From assembly GCF_036321535.1 (NCBI RefSeq), contig NC_087437.1, positions 3,720,001 through 3,784,000 on the forward strand: a DNA stretch of 64,000 bases, written 5' to 3'. Below, in pieces: positions 53,240 through 64,000 of the stretch. Position numbers and translations under genes: made by a program. Numbering within the stretch: the stretch's first letter is position 1; the number at the start of each line of letters is the position of its first letter. The notes under the pieces were generated by a model. That model was not told the DNA's origin, searched no databases, and saw only the letters and a list, made by a program, of their open reading frames with translations. The stretch comes from Camelus dromedarius (taxonomy: Eukaryota).

Positions 53240-55517
53240 GGACTAGCATCTCAGAAAACAGTGGAGGAGGGCACTCAAACAGTTGGTCCCTCCACAAAGA
53301 CAATCATAAGCTGGCAAAAGCTGACAGAATGAACTCTGGAATTAAAAACGTAAAGCAGCTAGGGAAGTGCTTAATGAAGGAAAGGTGGCTAAATTTCAGT
53401 AAGGAAGCACTGTGGCATTTTTATTTGCCGTCTGCTCTTCCCCGCCCCTATTCCCCAGAGAAGCAGCGACAGCTGTGGGGATGGAAGCCCACGTTCCTGG
53501 TGCAGCTTACTGGCAGTCAGGAGGCTAATACGGACCCTGTTCTTAATACTGTAGCTGTGTGTTTTGACCTGTCTGGCAGGTCCCTAAAGGACTGGTGCAG
53601 AGGCTGACCTTTGTTTCACAACCTGATCCCAGCTAGAGTGGCTTTCCAGGCATCTGCCAAGAGACTAAAGACATATATTAGCAGGCAAAGGAAAGAGGAC
53701 AGGGCAAGCAGCAGACACAGCCAAAAAGCTGAAAAGGCAGAGAATGAGGTAGAAATTTCTTGAGGGCATAAAGGCTCAGATGGGCCACAACGTACACCAG
53801 GGGAGGCAGAGTGTAAAATGCATGCCCAGAACCAGACACATGCTTAGAAAAGAACTGAGAGGGCCCTAGGCTTGCAGATCAGTGGGTGTGGCACCAGCAG
53901 ATGGTGCAGGCAGAGTTGTAGGCAGCCTCGCTCAGTGTTGAAGAAGAGCCCCAGATCACAGACAAGCTGAAAAGACCAGAAGAGTGTCTTTTTTCTTTCT
54001 TTCTTTTTGGCTCAAGATGAGTAAGACTGACTCTGTGGCTAATGGAACAGAAAAACTCCAATGACAACAAGAAATACAGTCTTTGTAAAAATAATACCCT
54101 GAGGAAGGTGACAGTGGACTTACTAGAAAGACTTCAAGTCAACTATCTTAAATATGCTCAATAAACTAAACGAGAACATGAAGAACTAAAGATCATGAAA
54201 GCAAATAATGAATAAAAAGAGAATATCAATACAGAGAAAGAAATTATAAAAAGTAAATAGAAATTTTGATACTGAAAAGTACAATAATGGAAATTAAAAG
54301 TTCACTAAAGGGATTCAAAAGCAGCTATGAACAAGGCGGGAGAAAACCTAAAGACAGGACAACTGAAATTAACCAGTCTGAAGGGTAGAGGGAAAAAGAA
54401 AATAAGCAAAGCCTAAGGTACCCATGCAACACCATCAAGCATAGCAACATAAGCATTATGGGAGCCCCCCCAAAAGCCTAGAAATGAGCAGAAAGAATAT
54501 TTGAGGAAATAATGGATGAAAACATTCCAAGTCTAATGAAAGACATGAATCTATACATCAAAGGAGGTCATTACACTCCAACTAGAATAAACTCATATAC
54601 ACCTACACTGAAAGACATTATAATCAAACTGCTAAAAGACAAAGACAATCTTGAAAACAGCAAAAACAAAGCAACTCATCACGTACAATGGATTCTCATT
54701 AAGATAAGCACCCATTTCTTATCAGAAACCATGCATGCTAGGACCAGTAGAATGACATATTTGAAGTGCTGGGGGGAAAAGGCAAAGAGAATTCTATATC
54801 CAGCAAAACTATCTTTTGGAAAAAATGAAGGAGAAATTAAGTCAATCTCATTTAAACAAAAGCTAAGAGAATTCATCACCAGTAGAAATGTCCCATAAGA
54901 AATACTGAGAGAGTCCTTCCATCTGAAGTGAAAGGAGAGTAGAAAGTAACTCAAAGCCATATGAAGAAATAAGGAATTTAAGTAAAAAAACAAAACAAAA
55001 AAAAAAAAACACAAAACAAAACAATCAGCCCAATTAAAAAAAAACAAAAAAAACAAAAAAGGACAGAAGATCCTAATAGGACCTTCTTAAAAAAAATTTT
55101 TCCTAAAGAAAATATACTGATGGCCAATAGGAACATGAAAAAATTAACATCACTAATCGTTAGGGAAAGGCAAATCAAAACCTCAATGAGATACCACCTT
55201 ACACCTGTAAGAATAGCTATTATCAAAAAGACAATCAATAACAAGCATTGGCAAGCATGTGAGGAAAAGGGAACCCCAGTTTGGTGGGCATGTAAACTGG
55301 TGCAGGCACTATGGAAAACTGTATGAAGGTTCCTCAAGAAATTAACAGAATTAACATATGACCCTGCTATTCCATTTCTGGTTATTTATCCAAAGAATAC
55401 AAAAACACAAGTATGAAAAGATATATGCACCCATATGTGTTCACTGAATCATCATTCACAAAGCCAAGATATGGAGACAACTTAAGTGTCCAATGATGGA
55501 TAAATAAAGATGATGTG

Positions 55518-55552
<35 letters not shown>

Positions 55553-56872
55553 GGAACAGCACTCAGCCATAAAAAAGATTGAAATTGTGCTATTTGTGAC
55601 AATACGGATGGTCTTTGAGAGTATTAAGTGAAATAGATCAGAAAAAGACAAATAGCATATGATTTCATTCATATGTGGAGTAAAAGAAAAAACAAAGCAA
55701 AGAACTCCTAGATACAGAGAACAGACAGGTGGTTATCAGAGAGAATGGGGGTTTAGGGATGGGTGAAAAGGGTCAACTGTATGGTGACAGATGGTAACCA
55801 GAATTCAGTGATGATCATTTTGCAGTGTATACAGATGTCAAATTCTAATGATGCAAACCTGAAACATATAATATCATCTACCAATTTTACTTCAATTAAA
55901 AAAATAATCAATGAAAGTATTCCCTGAAATTCAATTAGATGTCTGGAATTTACAACAAAGAATACTGTGTATGTAAGTAAGTTAATTAATTAATTTCCAA
56001 TAAAAGTAACCATAGGTAAATATAAATGCCAGCATTACTGTTTTTTGTTTGTAACGTCTCTATTTTAAATTAAAAGAAAAATATAGAAAACACTTAACAA
56101 GTCTATGTTAATAGGCACACAATGTATATAAGATGTATTTTGTGACAACAACATGAAGGTGGTGAAAAAGTAAGTGCATAGGAGCAAAGTTTCTGTATGC
56201 TTTTGAAGGTGGCATCAATTCAAACCACATTGTTACAAATTTAGAATGTTTCCTCACCTGTAATCCCCATCATAAGCACTAAGAAAACAAGTGAAAAACA
56301 TAGAAAAAAGGAAATGAGGAGTTAACCAAAGTATACTTAAAAATGCATCAAACACAAAAAAAGGGAGAGTGAAGGAATTCAGAAACATAACAAATATAAC
56401 ACATATAGAAAACAAATGGTAAAATGGCATTAAGAAAGTCTTTCTCTACCAGTAATTCTTTAAAGGTAAATGGATTCACACTTGTGGAGGATAGTCATAC
56501 AACAGAATATCGCTTGACATAAAAAGTAACAAGAGCTGATCCGCGCCACACCATGGATGAACCTTGAAAACCCTGTTAACTGAAAGAGACCAGACATACA
56601 AGACTACAGAGTATAACTGTATTTATATGAAATGTCCCGAAGAGGCACATGCACAGGACAGAACAAGCAGATTCGTGGCTGCCAGGCTCTGGGCAGGCAA
56701 GGAACAGAGTGAATGCTAGAAGGTAAGGGGCTTCTTTGGGGAGTGATGAGAACACTCTACAGTCAGACTGTGGTAATGGTTGCCCAACTCTGAAAACCAC
56801 CGAATGGTACATTTTAAATGGGTAAACTGCTTGGAATGTGAATTACATCTCAATAAAGCTGTTTTCAAAAAA
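53240..56872 (+). mobile_element. Old L1M (L1MB-like): 5'UTR + ORF1 + spacer joined to a 3' end, interrupted by a younger L1
   Basis: ORF1p RRM/CTD peptide 54512..54898 (ENIPSLMKD..RILYPAKLSF..KLREFITSR); 3' end gtgaattacatctcaataaagctg. Confidence 0.75.
54985..55905 (+). mobile_element. Younger L1 ORF2-end/3'UTR fragment nested in the older L1, with internal (CA)15 at 55521-55550
   Basis: ORF 55120..55326 ([26 protein letters not shown]); ends caattttacttcaattaaaaaa. Confidence 0.8.
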
Positions 56873-58675
56873 GACTTTTATATGTGGATGTACCAGTACT
56901 TCTGGCATACACTAAGAGCTAGTTAGGAATGCAGAATCTCAGCCCAACCTGACCTGCCAAAACAGAACCCAGGTGACTCCTATGCATATTAAAAGTTAGG
57001 ACACACTGCCCTGGGGCAACTCTACGTGACACTAAGAAAACTAAGGCCTGAAAATAGTATGTGGCTTGCCTAATGGTCAATTCATTTCATAAGAAGACAC
57101 ATTTTATTCTTTGAATTACTCTGCAAGTTGGTGTCTCCCAGCAGAAAGGACACAAAACTATTTTCTACTTCCTAGCCTTAAAGCCTGGTACACTACTTTA
57201 CACACAGTACTCAAATATTTACTAAATGGATAAGATGACTTCATAACACAGACTGATTTCCAAAGAGAGGGATTACATTTTGACTGAATTAGCTTCATTA
57301 TCATTTAAAACATCACCACACGCCTATATGCAAGCAAATGTTTGAAAAAAATCTATTTTGAAAAAGTGCGGCAAACCAAATCAGACTCTGAGTTTTGTCA
57401 GATGATCAAGTTTTTAACTGAGTAAATGGAAAATATATTTTGTAGCTCAGGAAGTCAGAATGCTCCGACACAGAAAAGACACCTCCACCACAGAGTTACC
57501 CAACACCGAGGAAGCTGCCTGTTGATGGTGACTAACAAGAGCGTGCAAGGAAGTGTGTCTTACAAAAAGGGAAATAATGGCTACATGAGCATCCCTCAGA
57601 GACGACCTCTGACTCCTTCAGTTGGTAGGCAGCCAAAGTAGATCTGAGCCTGTTCAGTCACACTCACTATCTTCGGTTTGTACTTGCCCTGGGAACTAAG
57701 GACAGGAAGGAATAACCCTAAAGACACAAAAACTACTCACTGAGCCAAACTACTATCCTGTAACAAGTACATGGATTCCTGAAGTAAAAAGGGTTAGCTT
57801 GGCCCCAGTAAGACCTTGACTCCTAGTAGAAACAATCTTGTTGCCCAGATTTAAAAGGTCTGATAATCTAGTATCCTAAAAATGGCTTCCTGGTTCTCAA
57901 CCACATCAGTGGTTGTTCTCTAAAAGAAATGTGATACATTTAGAAAATCATCAAATCAAAAGTTGGACTTGGAAAGAAAAAAACAGATGGCAATTGTACC
58001 CTGGTACAGATCTTGAAGACAATTTTAGAGAATGGCATGGGTTAACACTAAGCACATGAGCCACACAAAAAAAAGTGTCAACAGAACTAATTCAGAACTC
58101 CAAATGACAGAAAATCTTGCTACATTTCAGGCAATGCTTAGGGCTTAGGTAGAAAATTCTAGCTGAAAGAGGTAAAAGATTTTCAACAGAAAAAAGTAAT
58201 CCTCTTTTCCTGACTCTTTCATTGTTTTCTCTTACAAAGAAATCTTTGTTCAAATGTTGATATAGACTTTACCTGGAACTTTCTGGAAAATATGTTTCCA
58301 AAAAGGCAAAATGCACTATTATGCAAGTATACACAGCCTGTAAGACTGCTTCATCTGAAGCTGTTGTCCAAGCAATCCACTGGCTACCACCAATTAATTG
58401 GCAAGTGCCTCTTCCCAAATACTATTAAAAACTAAAATAAAAACTTTTAGGAAAAAACTGGAAAGCATGCCCACAGCTTAATTCCTCTAAGTTTTACTGT
58501 CCCGGCTCCACCAGTAATTCTAAGGTTCCTAATCTAGTATGGTTATTGTCAATACATACTGGTTCATTCCTTGGCTATGGAAAACTGACTCAGGCAAGAA
58601 AACAAAACACAGAATTCCTTAAGTTATCAACATTGATCTTCTTTAAAAGGTCTTTTACAAATAACAGTCTCAGCC

Positions 58676-59033
58676 TGCTATGGACTGAATTGTGTCTCCC
58701 TAAAATTCATGCTGAAGCCCTGATCTCCAATGTGACATGTTGATAATTCGAGATGGGGCCTCAGGAGGTAATTAGGGATAGATAAGGTTGGGGGGGGAGG
58801 GCTCTCTTAAGGGATTAGTGCCTTTCTAAGAGGAAGAACGAGGGATCACTCTCTACTATGTGAAGATGTAGCAAGAAGCCTGCAAGCCACGAAGACAGTA
58901 CTAACTAAAACCTGAATTCTGCCGGACTTTGACTGTGGACTTCCCAGCCCCTAAAATCGTAAGAAATAAATGTCTGTTGTTTAAGCCGCCCATTCTGTGG
59001 TGTTTTATTATAGCAGCCTGAATTGACTTAAGG
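58676..59033 (+). mobile_element. MaLR solo LTR (MLT1A/B-like)
   Basis: tgctatggactgaattgtgtctcc...ggacttcccagcc...agaaataaatgtctgttgtttaagcc...tagcagcctgaattgac. Confidence 0.85.
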
Positions 59034-61317
59034 TATTTCTGACAGTGAGAAAATACCAGATAAAAGTTGTGTAGCAGTCAGGTCACTGATCATGCTGACA
59101 AGGCGCCACTAAAGGCCCAGGCAAGATTTACAGCCAAAATCTGAGCCACTGAAATTATTATGGAAACCCTAGGGTTGCAACATGACAGTGCTAAAGTGGC
59201 AACCCTGGCCTTGGGCCAAGTCCACAGGATGAGAACTATTCTGCAGAAGCCGTGCTGTATCTGTGAGGAATTAGTAATAGGCTAACTGAGGCGTTTTCTG
59301 TTTCGTCTATACCCGAATGAAGAGTCTGTTTCATGCAGGAACACCAAATGACCAGCCAGTCTTGCACCATCATTCACCACAGCCAAATTCAGCAGACAAC
59401 ACTCCGTCAACTGAATTCCAAAAGCTAATTAACCTCTGTGTCAAGAAAAATTGATCTTATCAGCTTTATTATGCCTTCAGTCAGTACATTTAAATCTAGA
59501 AGCAGCATGAAAGGCTCAAATCTTTTAGGAAAGTTGCCTCAATCTACTGTCAAAGTTGCTGCAAAAACCTGCTTGTGGTACAAGGTAGCAGGTGGAACAA
59601 GTAGGGCAGAAAAGTGATAGAGAAAAATCAAAGATGTTCAACTTTGTAAGTAAAATGGATTCACAAGAACAAGATCCACCTAAGCACAGCACTGTCAAAC
59701 TGAACATGCTGATGAAGTGTCTGAACAGTTAACAAGTAGTGCGAAACAATAACAACTAAGAAATCACTTCATGAAGCAAATGCTTCTAATTTTTATAGCA
59801 TCAAGCTTTAAAAGGTCAAAAAAATCCCTCTTACTGAACTCACAGCAAGTCTTCAATATACATGTGCTAAATGGACAGAACATGCACTAATCCATACTCT
59901 CACAAGGTATTTTCCTACCTGCATGTGAACTGAGGTAATTAATTCTCAGATCAGTTAACTCTTGTTTAAATGAAAACCCCCAAATACTCTACCAAGCTAA
60001 ATGGTGTTTTGAAGTTTCCATGTCATCAAACTGCTCAAGTTGTTCAAACAGTGGGAAACATCCTCTTCTATCCCACTGACAAGGTCTGCTTCTGAATGAG
60101 AAGTGAAGCACTCCAGAATAAATGATGACAAAAACTTCATGAACTCAAACTTGGTTTCTTTGGGGGAGGGGAAGATGATGTGTATCAGGTGACAGGCCTG
60201 CCTCATCTCTAGGGAAGAAGAATCCCAAGGGCTTGTTGTAAACTAAATATTCAGGACAGGAAGAAGGGAGAAGAAATGAGTAAAAAAGATGTAAAAAGAA
60301 CTTCTAAGGCGATAAAGAAGGTAATAAAGTAAAATTAGTAACATTCCCAGTACCTGCTGTATTATCAATTATTTCTATTCAACGATTAAAGCAATCTGAT
60401 AACTTTCTAAGGATAAATTTTAAGTACTTGGAAGAAAAGCCTTTATTTAAGATTAAATGAAGTTTGTTCTTATTATAATTCAAAATGTTTTCCAGGCTTT
60501 CCATAACCTCACCATGAGAACACTCAGGTTTGGGACGCACAAACTGCTCACAGACTAGAAGGTCCACAAGTGTTAGTGACAGCCTATCAATTCCCACAGG
60601 AGGTGACCAGCCTGCTAATGCGCTGGGAGGGCTTCTTACACTGGGTGCCTAACTCTGTCTTCCATCCCTTCGATGTATTCTGTGCATTGTGGCAAGATTA
60701 CAGGTCACATCACTTGCTAGCTGCACGTGAACTTCAAGGCTAAATTCTAATCAACAAAGTCTGAAGTGGAGCTTCATATGCAAGGCCCCCCGATTCTGGG
60801 TCCACCACACTTGCTACCTTTAACACACCCGAGCTCAGCACAGCACACGAGAGCACTGACAGTGATCTAGGTGCGGCTGTTGCTCTGTCTCCGTCCAGGA
60901 CTGCCCTTCGACTGTCCCCACCAAGCAATGTTGTCTGAGACATTCTCTGACTCCCTCAAGTAATCACGCCCTTCTCCGAATTTTCATACTCCACCCTTTG
61001 TATTTGCGGTGAGTGATCTCTGTCCACCAACAGCCCATTCCCTGAGGGCAAGAACTCTGCCACATCATCTCTGCGTCTCCCACAAAGCCTAACACTCATC
61101 TCCATAAATATCTGCTCATTCACTAAACCAACACCTCAAAAGACTTCATGGGAAAGACAAATATATTTTAAGGTTAAAAAAAAACATGTTTATGTATGTC
61201 ACTTTTTAAACTAGAAAACCAAATGTTCAAATTAACTATATGTTAATCCGTAGAACAATTAATGCCCGTCCTATAATCTACATCCAAGTTCTTTCACTTC
61301 TGACAAACATCACCAAA

Positions 61318-61639
61318 AGCTATGGTCTGAATGTCTATGCCACTCCAAATCCACGTGCTGAGATCCTTACCCCCAAGGGGATGGTATTAGCAGTTGGACC
61401 TTTCAGGAGCGCTCAGGTCATGACGGGGGAGCCCTCATGAATGGTGAGTGTTCTCATAAAACAGCCCCACGGGGTCCTCCAGCCCTCTACCACATGAGGG
61501 TGCAGAGAGAAGACACCAGCTGTGAACCTGGAAGAGGGTTCCCACCAGGATGTGACCCTGTGGGTGCCCTGGACATCCCAGCCTCCAGGACGGTGACAAA
61601 TGCATTTCTGTGTTATTCTGTTACAGCGGCCAAACTCAC
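61318..61639 (+). mobile_element. MaLR solo LTR (MLT1A0-like) ending at the exon 7 donor
   Basis: gctatggtctgaatgtc...ggagccctcatgaatgg...ggacatcccagcctccagga...tgttacagcggccaaactcac. Confidence 0.85.
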
Positions 61640-61748
61640 CTCAAACAGACGTAAGTCAGCAGGAACTCTGTCCCCAACAGAAAGGCAAACTGTATCACCT
61701 GGAACCAAGTCTCGCGCAAGGGTGTGTTCCAATTTTCCTTCACGCACA
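61640..61748 (-). CDS. ATP2C1: ATP2C1 exon 7 (109 nt), (C)[36 protein letters not shown], actuator domain
   Basis: ttatag|TGTGCGTGAA...TTTGAG|gtgagt; LVPGD and GDRVPAD P-type motifs. Confidence 0.97.
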
Positions 61749-62239
61749 CTATAACGTGAAACAAACAACCACAGCTGAAAAAAGAAAGTCGTGCCACTTA
61801 TTTTAAAAAATTCCTTCCAGTGGGCTTGCCTGAGGGAAAATATACTGTATTATCACTACTTATAGGGAGATAAGTTAAATACAAAAAAACAAGAAAAGAT
61901 TTATATTTATGCTCCTGGTGATTAAGATGCTCAAATGATTAAAAAAAAAAGGCACTGGGAAAATGTTCAAATGTAAAATGTGAAAACTATAAAAGCCTTC
62001 TGAATCACAGTTGCACACAAGAAGTCTGTTGAATAAATCCACATCTCAAGAATCTCAAAATTAGAACTAATGTTAAAGTGTTAACAGTACAGCTTGCTAC
62101 ACTGAATACAGCGTGAATTTTTCACATCAAATTAACAGTTTATGTTGAGACAAATCTGGGGCCACAATGTACATTGTACTAGTCACATCCAATTTCTACT
62201 TTCAAGAGCAGAAATCCGCATCAAAAACAAAGATCATAC

Positions 62240-62301
62240 CAATGGCATTCTGGTGGCATAAGTTTACTCAGTTCTTCAAGAGATTTTTCTGAACGGTACT
62301 C
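62240..62301 (-). CDS. ATP2C1: ATP2C1 exon 6 (62 nt), EYRSEKSLEELSKLMPPECH(C); first exon in the window, exons 1-5 lie beyond 64000
   Basis: Minus strand ttttaatag|GAGTACCGT...GCCATTG|gtatga; translation matches SPCA1 after M2. Confidence 0.96.
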
Positions 62302-63297
62302 CTATTAAAAAGAAAAGAATATTAAGAAAAACATTTATAAAGAAACACAAGTATGTCCATTAAGAACATTTGCCATGTTGCCATGTTAGACTTAATTAAA
62401 AATTGACCTCAATCATTATTTTAAAATTTCCCCCGATTTTTATCTTTTCCTTTACTTGCACTTATATTCCTACATATAAAAGCTTGTCCCTTCTTAAATA
62501 ATATTAAATTATAGTCACCAATTTTAATAATTAAGTATTCCCAATTTTATACTTTAACATTCAACGTGCAAGCCTATGGTCAAGTTATTTACAAGAAAAT
62601 GAAGAAAAGTGATTAGTATGTCCAAAGAGTATGTAATTTTCAGTCATTAAAAGTTAAGACTATTGAGCCTCATAACTAAGACAGTTTTACTTTTAGTGTT
62701 TAACGACCAAAGAAGTCAAAGACAATTAACTGCAAACATTTGCTCTGAGGATTTGAGCCCCTGGTAACTGTACAGGTTTAAGGACTAAGTTTTCCGGGAA
62801 AGAACATGCAATCAACAAGGAGTGAGGTATCAAGGCCCAACTTTACAGACACCTTCCCCAGGACTCTGAATTACCCAAAGGGGGAGAGGCTCAGGAGCCC
62901 TGACTCTGACGCTCCAGCCTTCCTCCATCTATACAATCATGGCTGAGGGCCAGAGACACCCTCCGCCTCACTGTACTATTTGGTCCACATGTTCGTGGTA
63001 GTCTTGCTGCACTCAACATCACTGCTACTTCTGTCTCATGTCTGCACTAAGCAACCCATCTTTGGATCTAAGGTTAAAGGGGAGAAGGATCAGGGAGAGC
63101 AGTGGGAGTGAAAGTCGCGGAGTGTCTTGAAATGACCGCAGTGCTAGTACTAACCAAAATTTCACACCCACCACAAACTTTTTCAATAGAAAATGCAAAG
63201 CTGTATAAGAATAACTTAGAACTAAATCAGTCTTTACTTAGGCAAGAGGAACAAATGTGAGAATAATGTAAATCTGTAAATATAAAAATCACAAGAC

Positions 63298-63480
63298 CTC
63301 CAGTGCAATACACAGCCAAGGAATATGGTCAATAATATTGTAATAACTTTGTATGGGGATGGGTGGTCACTAGACTTATCACAGTGACCATTTCCTAACT
63401 CATGCTAGGATCAAATCACTGTGTAGTGTGCCCAGAACTAACAACAGTGTATGCCAAGTATATTTCAATTTAAAAAAAAA
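63298..63480 (+). mobile_element. Short L1 3' tail fragment
   Basis: ggaatatggtcaataatattgtaataactttgtatgg...tatatttcaatttaaaaaaaaa; possible TSD aaaaatcacaagac (63284-63297) / aaaaattataagac (63477-63490). Confidence 0.7.
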
Positions 63481-64000
63481 ATTATAAGACACCCCTCCCC
63501 CAACCACACCAAGTGTATTAAGGAATTTGGAAGTTTTCCCCCCAAATTCTGTAAAAAGCTAGGAAACACTCACCAATCCTAGATCCTAGTACTAAATGAC
63601 AGTATCTGCCCAAACTGAAGAGGGAGAGGAAGGCTGAACCTCCCTCTTCAGACTTCTTAGCCCTTACTCCCTATAACTACAAAGATACCTCTACATCAAA
63701 ATGATCCTTCAATACACCATCAAAAACTTCACAGCCATCTCAAATAAACACCTAAAAGTTAAATCTTAAATTCATTGTAAGGTGGCATCAATATGTGACT
63801 AAATAGAACAATTAGCTATTTTTAAGGCTGCAAGGGTGTACAATGGGATGAGGCATGGAGCTCAGGAAGAGGGGGAAAGACAGACGTAAATCGTAAAAGA
63901 ATATGAAAAGCACTCTCCGCCTAAAACACAGGTAAAAACACAAATATAAATAATGATGAAGAATTAAGACTTTCTGATAGATTTTTGAGAGAGTTTTTTG

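Noticed and set aside
59280..60210. Unique-looking stretch with short ORFs; considered a processed pseudogene or old DNA transposon
   Set aside because: No peptide, TIR, TSD or poly(A) that I could recognise; needs BLAST/Dfam
62302..64000. ATP2C1 exon 5 (AILIVVTVAFVQ)
   Set aside because: Not found on the minus strand here; it lies beyond the window

Overview
Mammalian genomic DNA, probably camelid (two Vic-1-like tRNA-derived SINEs and camelid-type L1 3' tails; this is an inference). The window holds the 3' part of ATP2C1 (SPCA1, secretory-pathway Ca2+/Mn2+ P2A-type ATPase) on the minus strand. I mapped 22 coding exons by hand (classical exons 6-27). All have GT-AG boundaries and consistent phases, and they total 2400 nt = 799 codons + stop, which fits residues 121-919 of SPCA1a. 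All catalytic motifs are intact (TGE, PEGL, DKTGT, KGA, DPPR, TGD, GDGVND, N-x3-D in M6). The 3'UTR has two candidate AATAAA signals. Introns are filled with L1, HAL1, L2, MIR, MaLR/ERVL LTR, MER20 and a near-complete piggyBac (Looper-like) fossil. I found no convincing new gene or new biological system. The best leads are: (1) a permuted/chimeric L1 inside one TSD; (2) an MLT1A LTR whose end overlaps or supplies the exon 7 splice donor; (3) a GC-shifted, divergent SPCA1 C-terminus that loses the human D1 (SPCA1b) donor; (4) the piggyBac fossil with a nested SINE; (5) a 71-bp micro-inversion in an L1. Human and Repbase comparisons are from memory and need checking.
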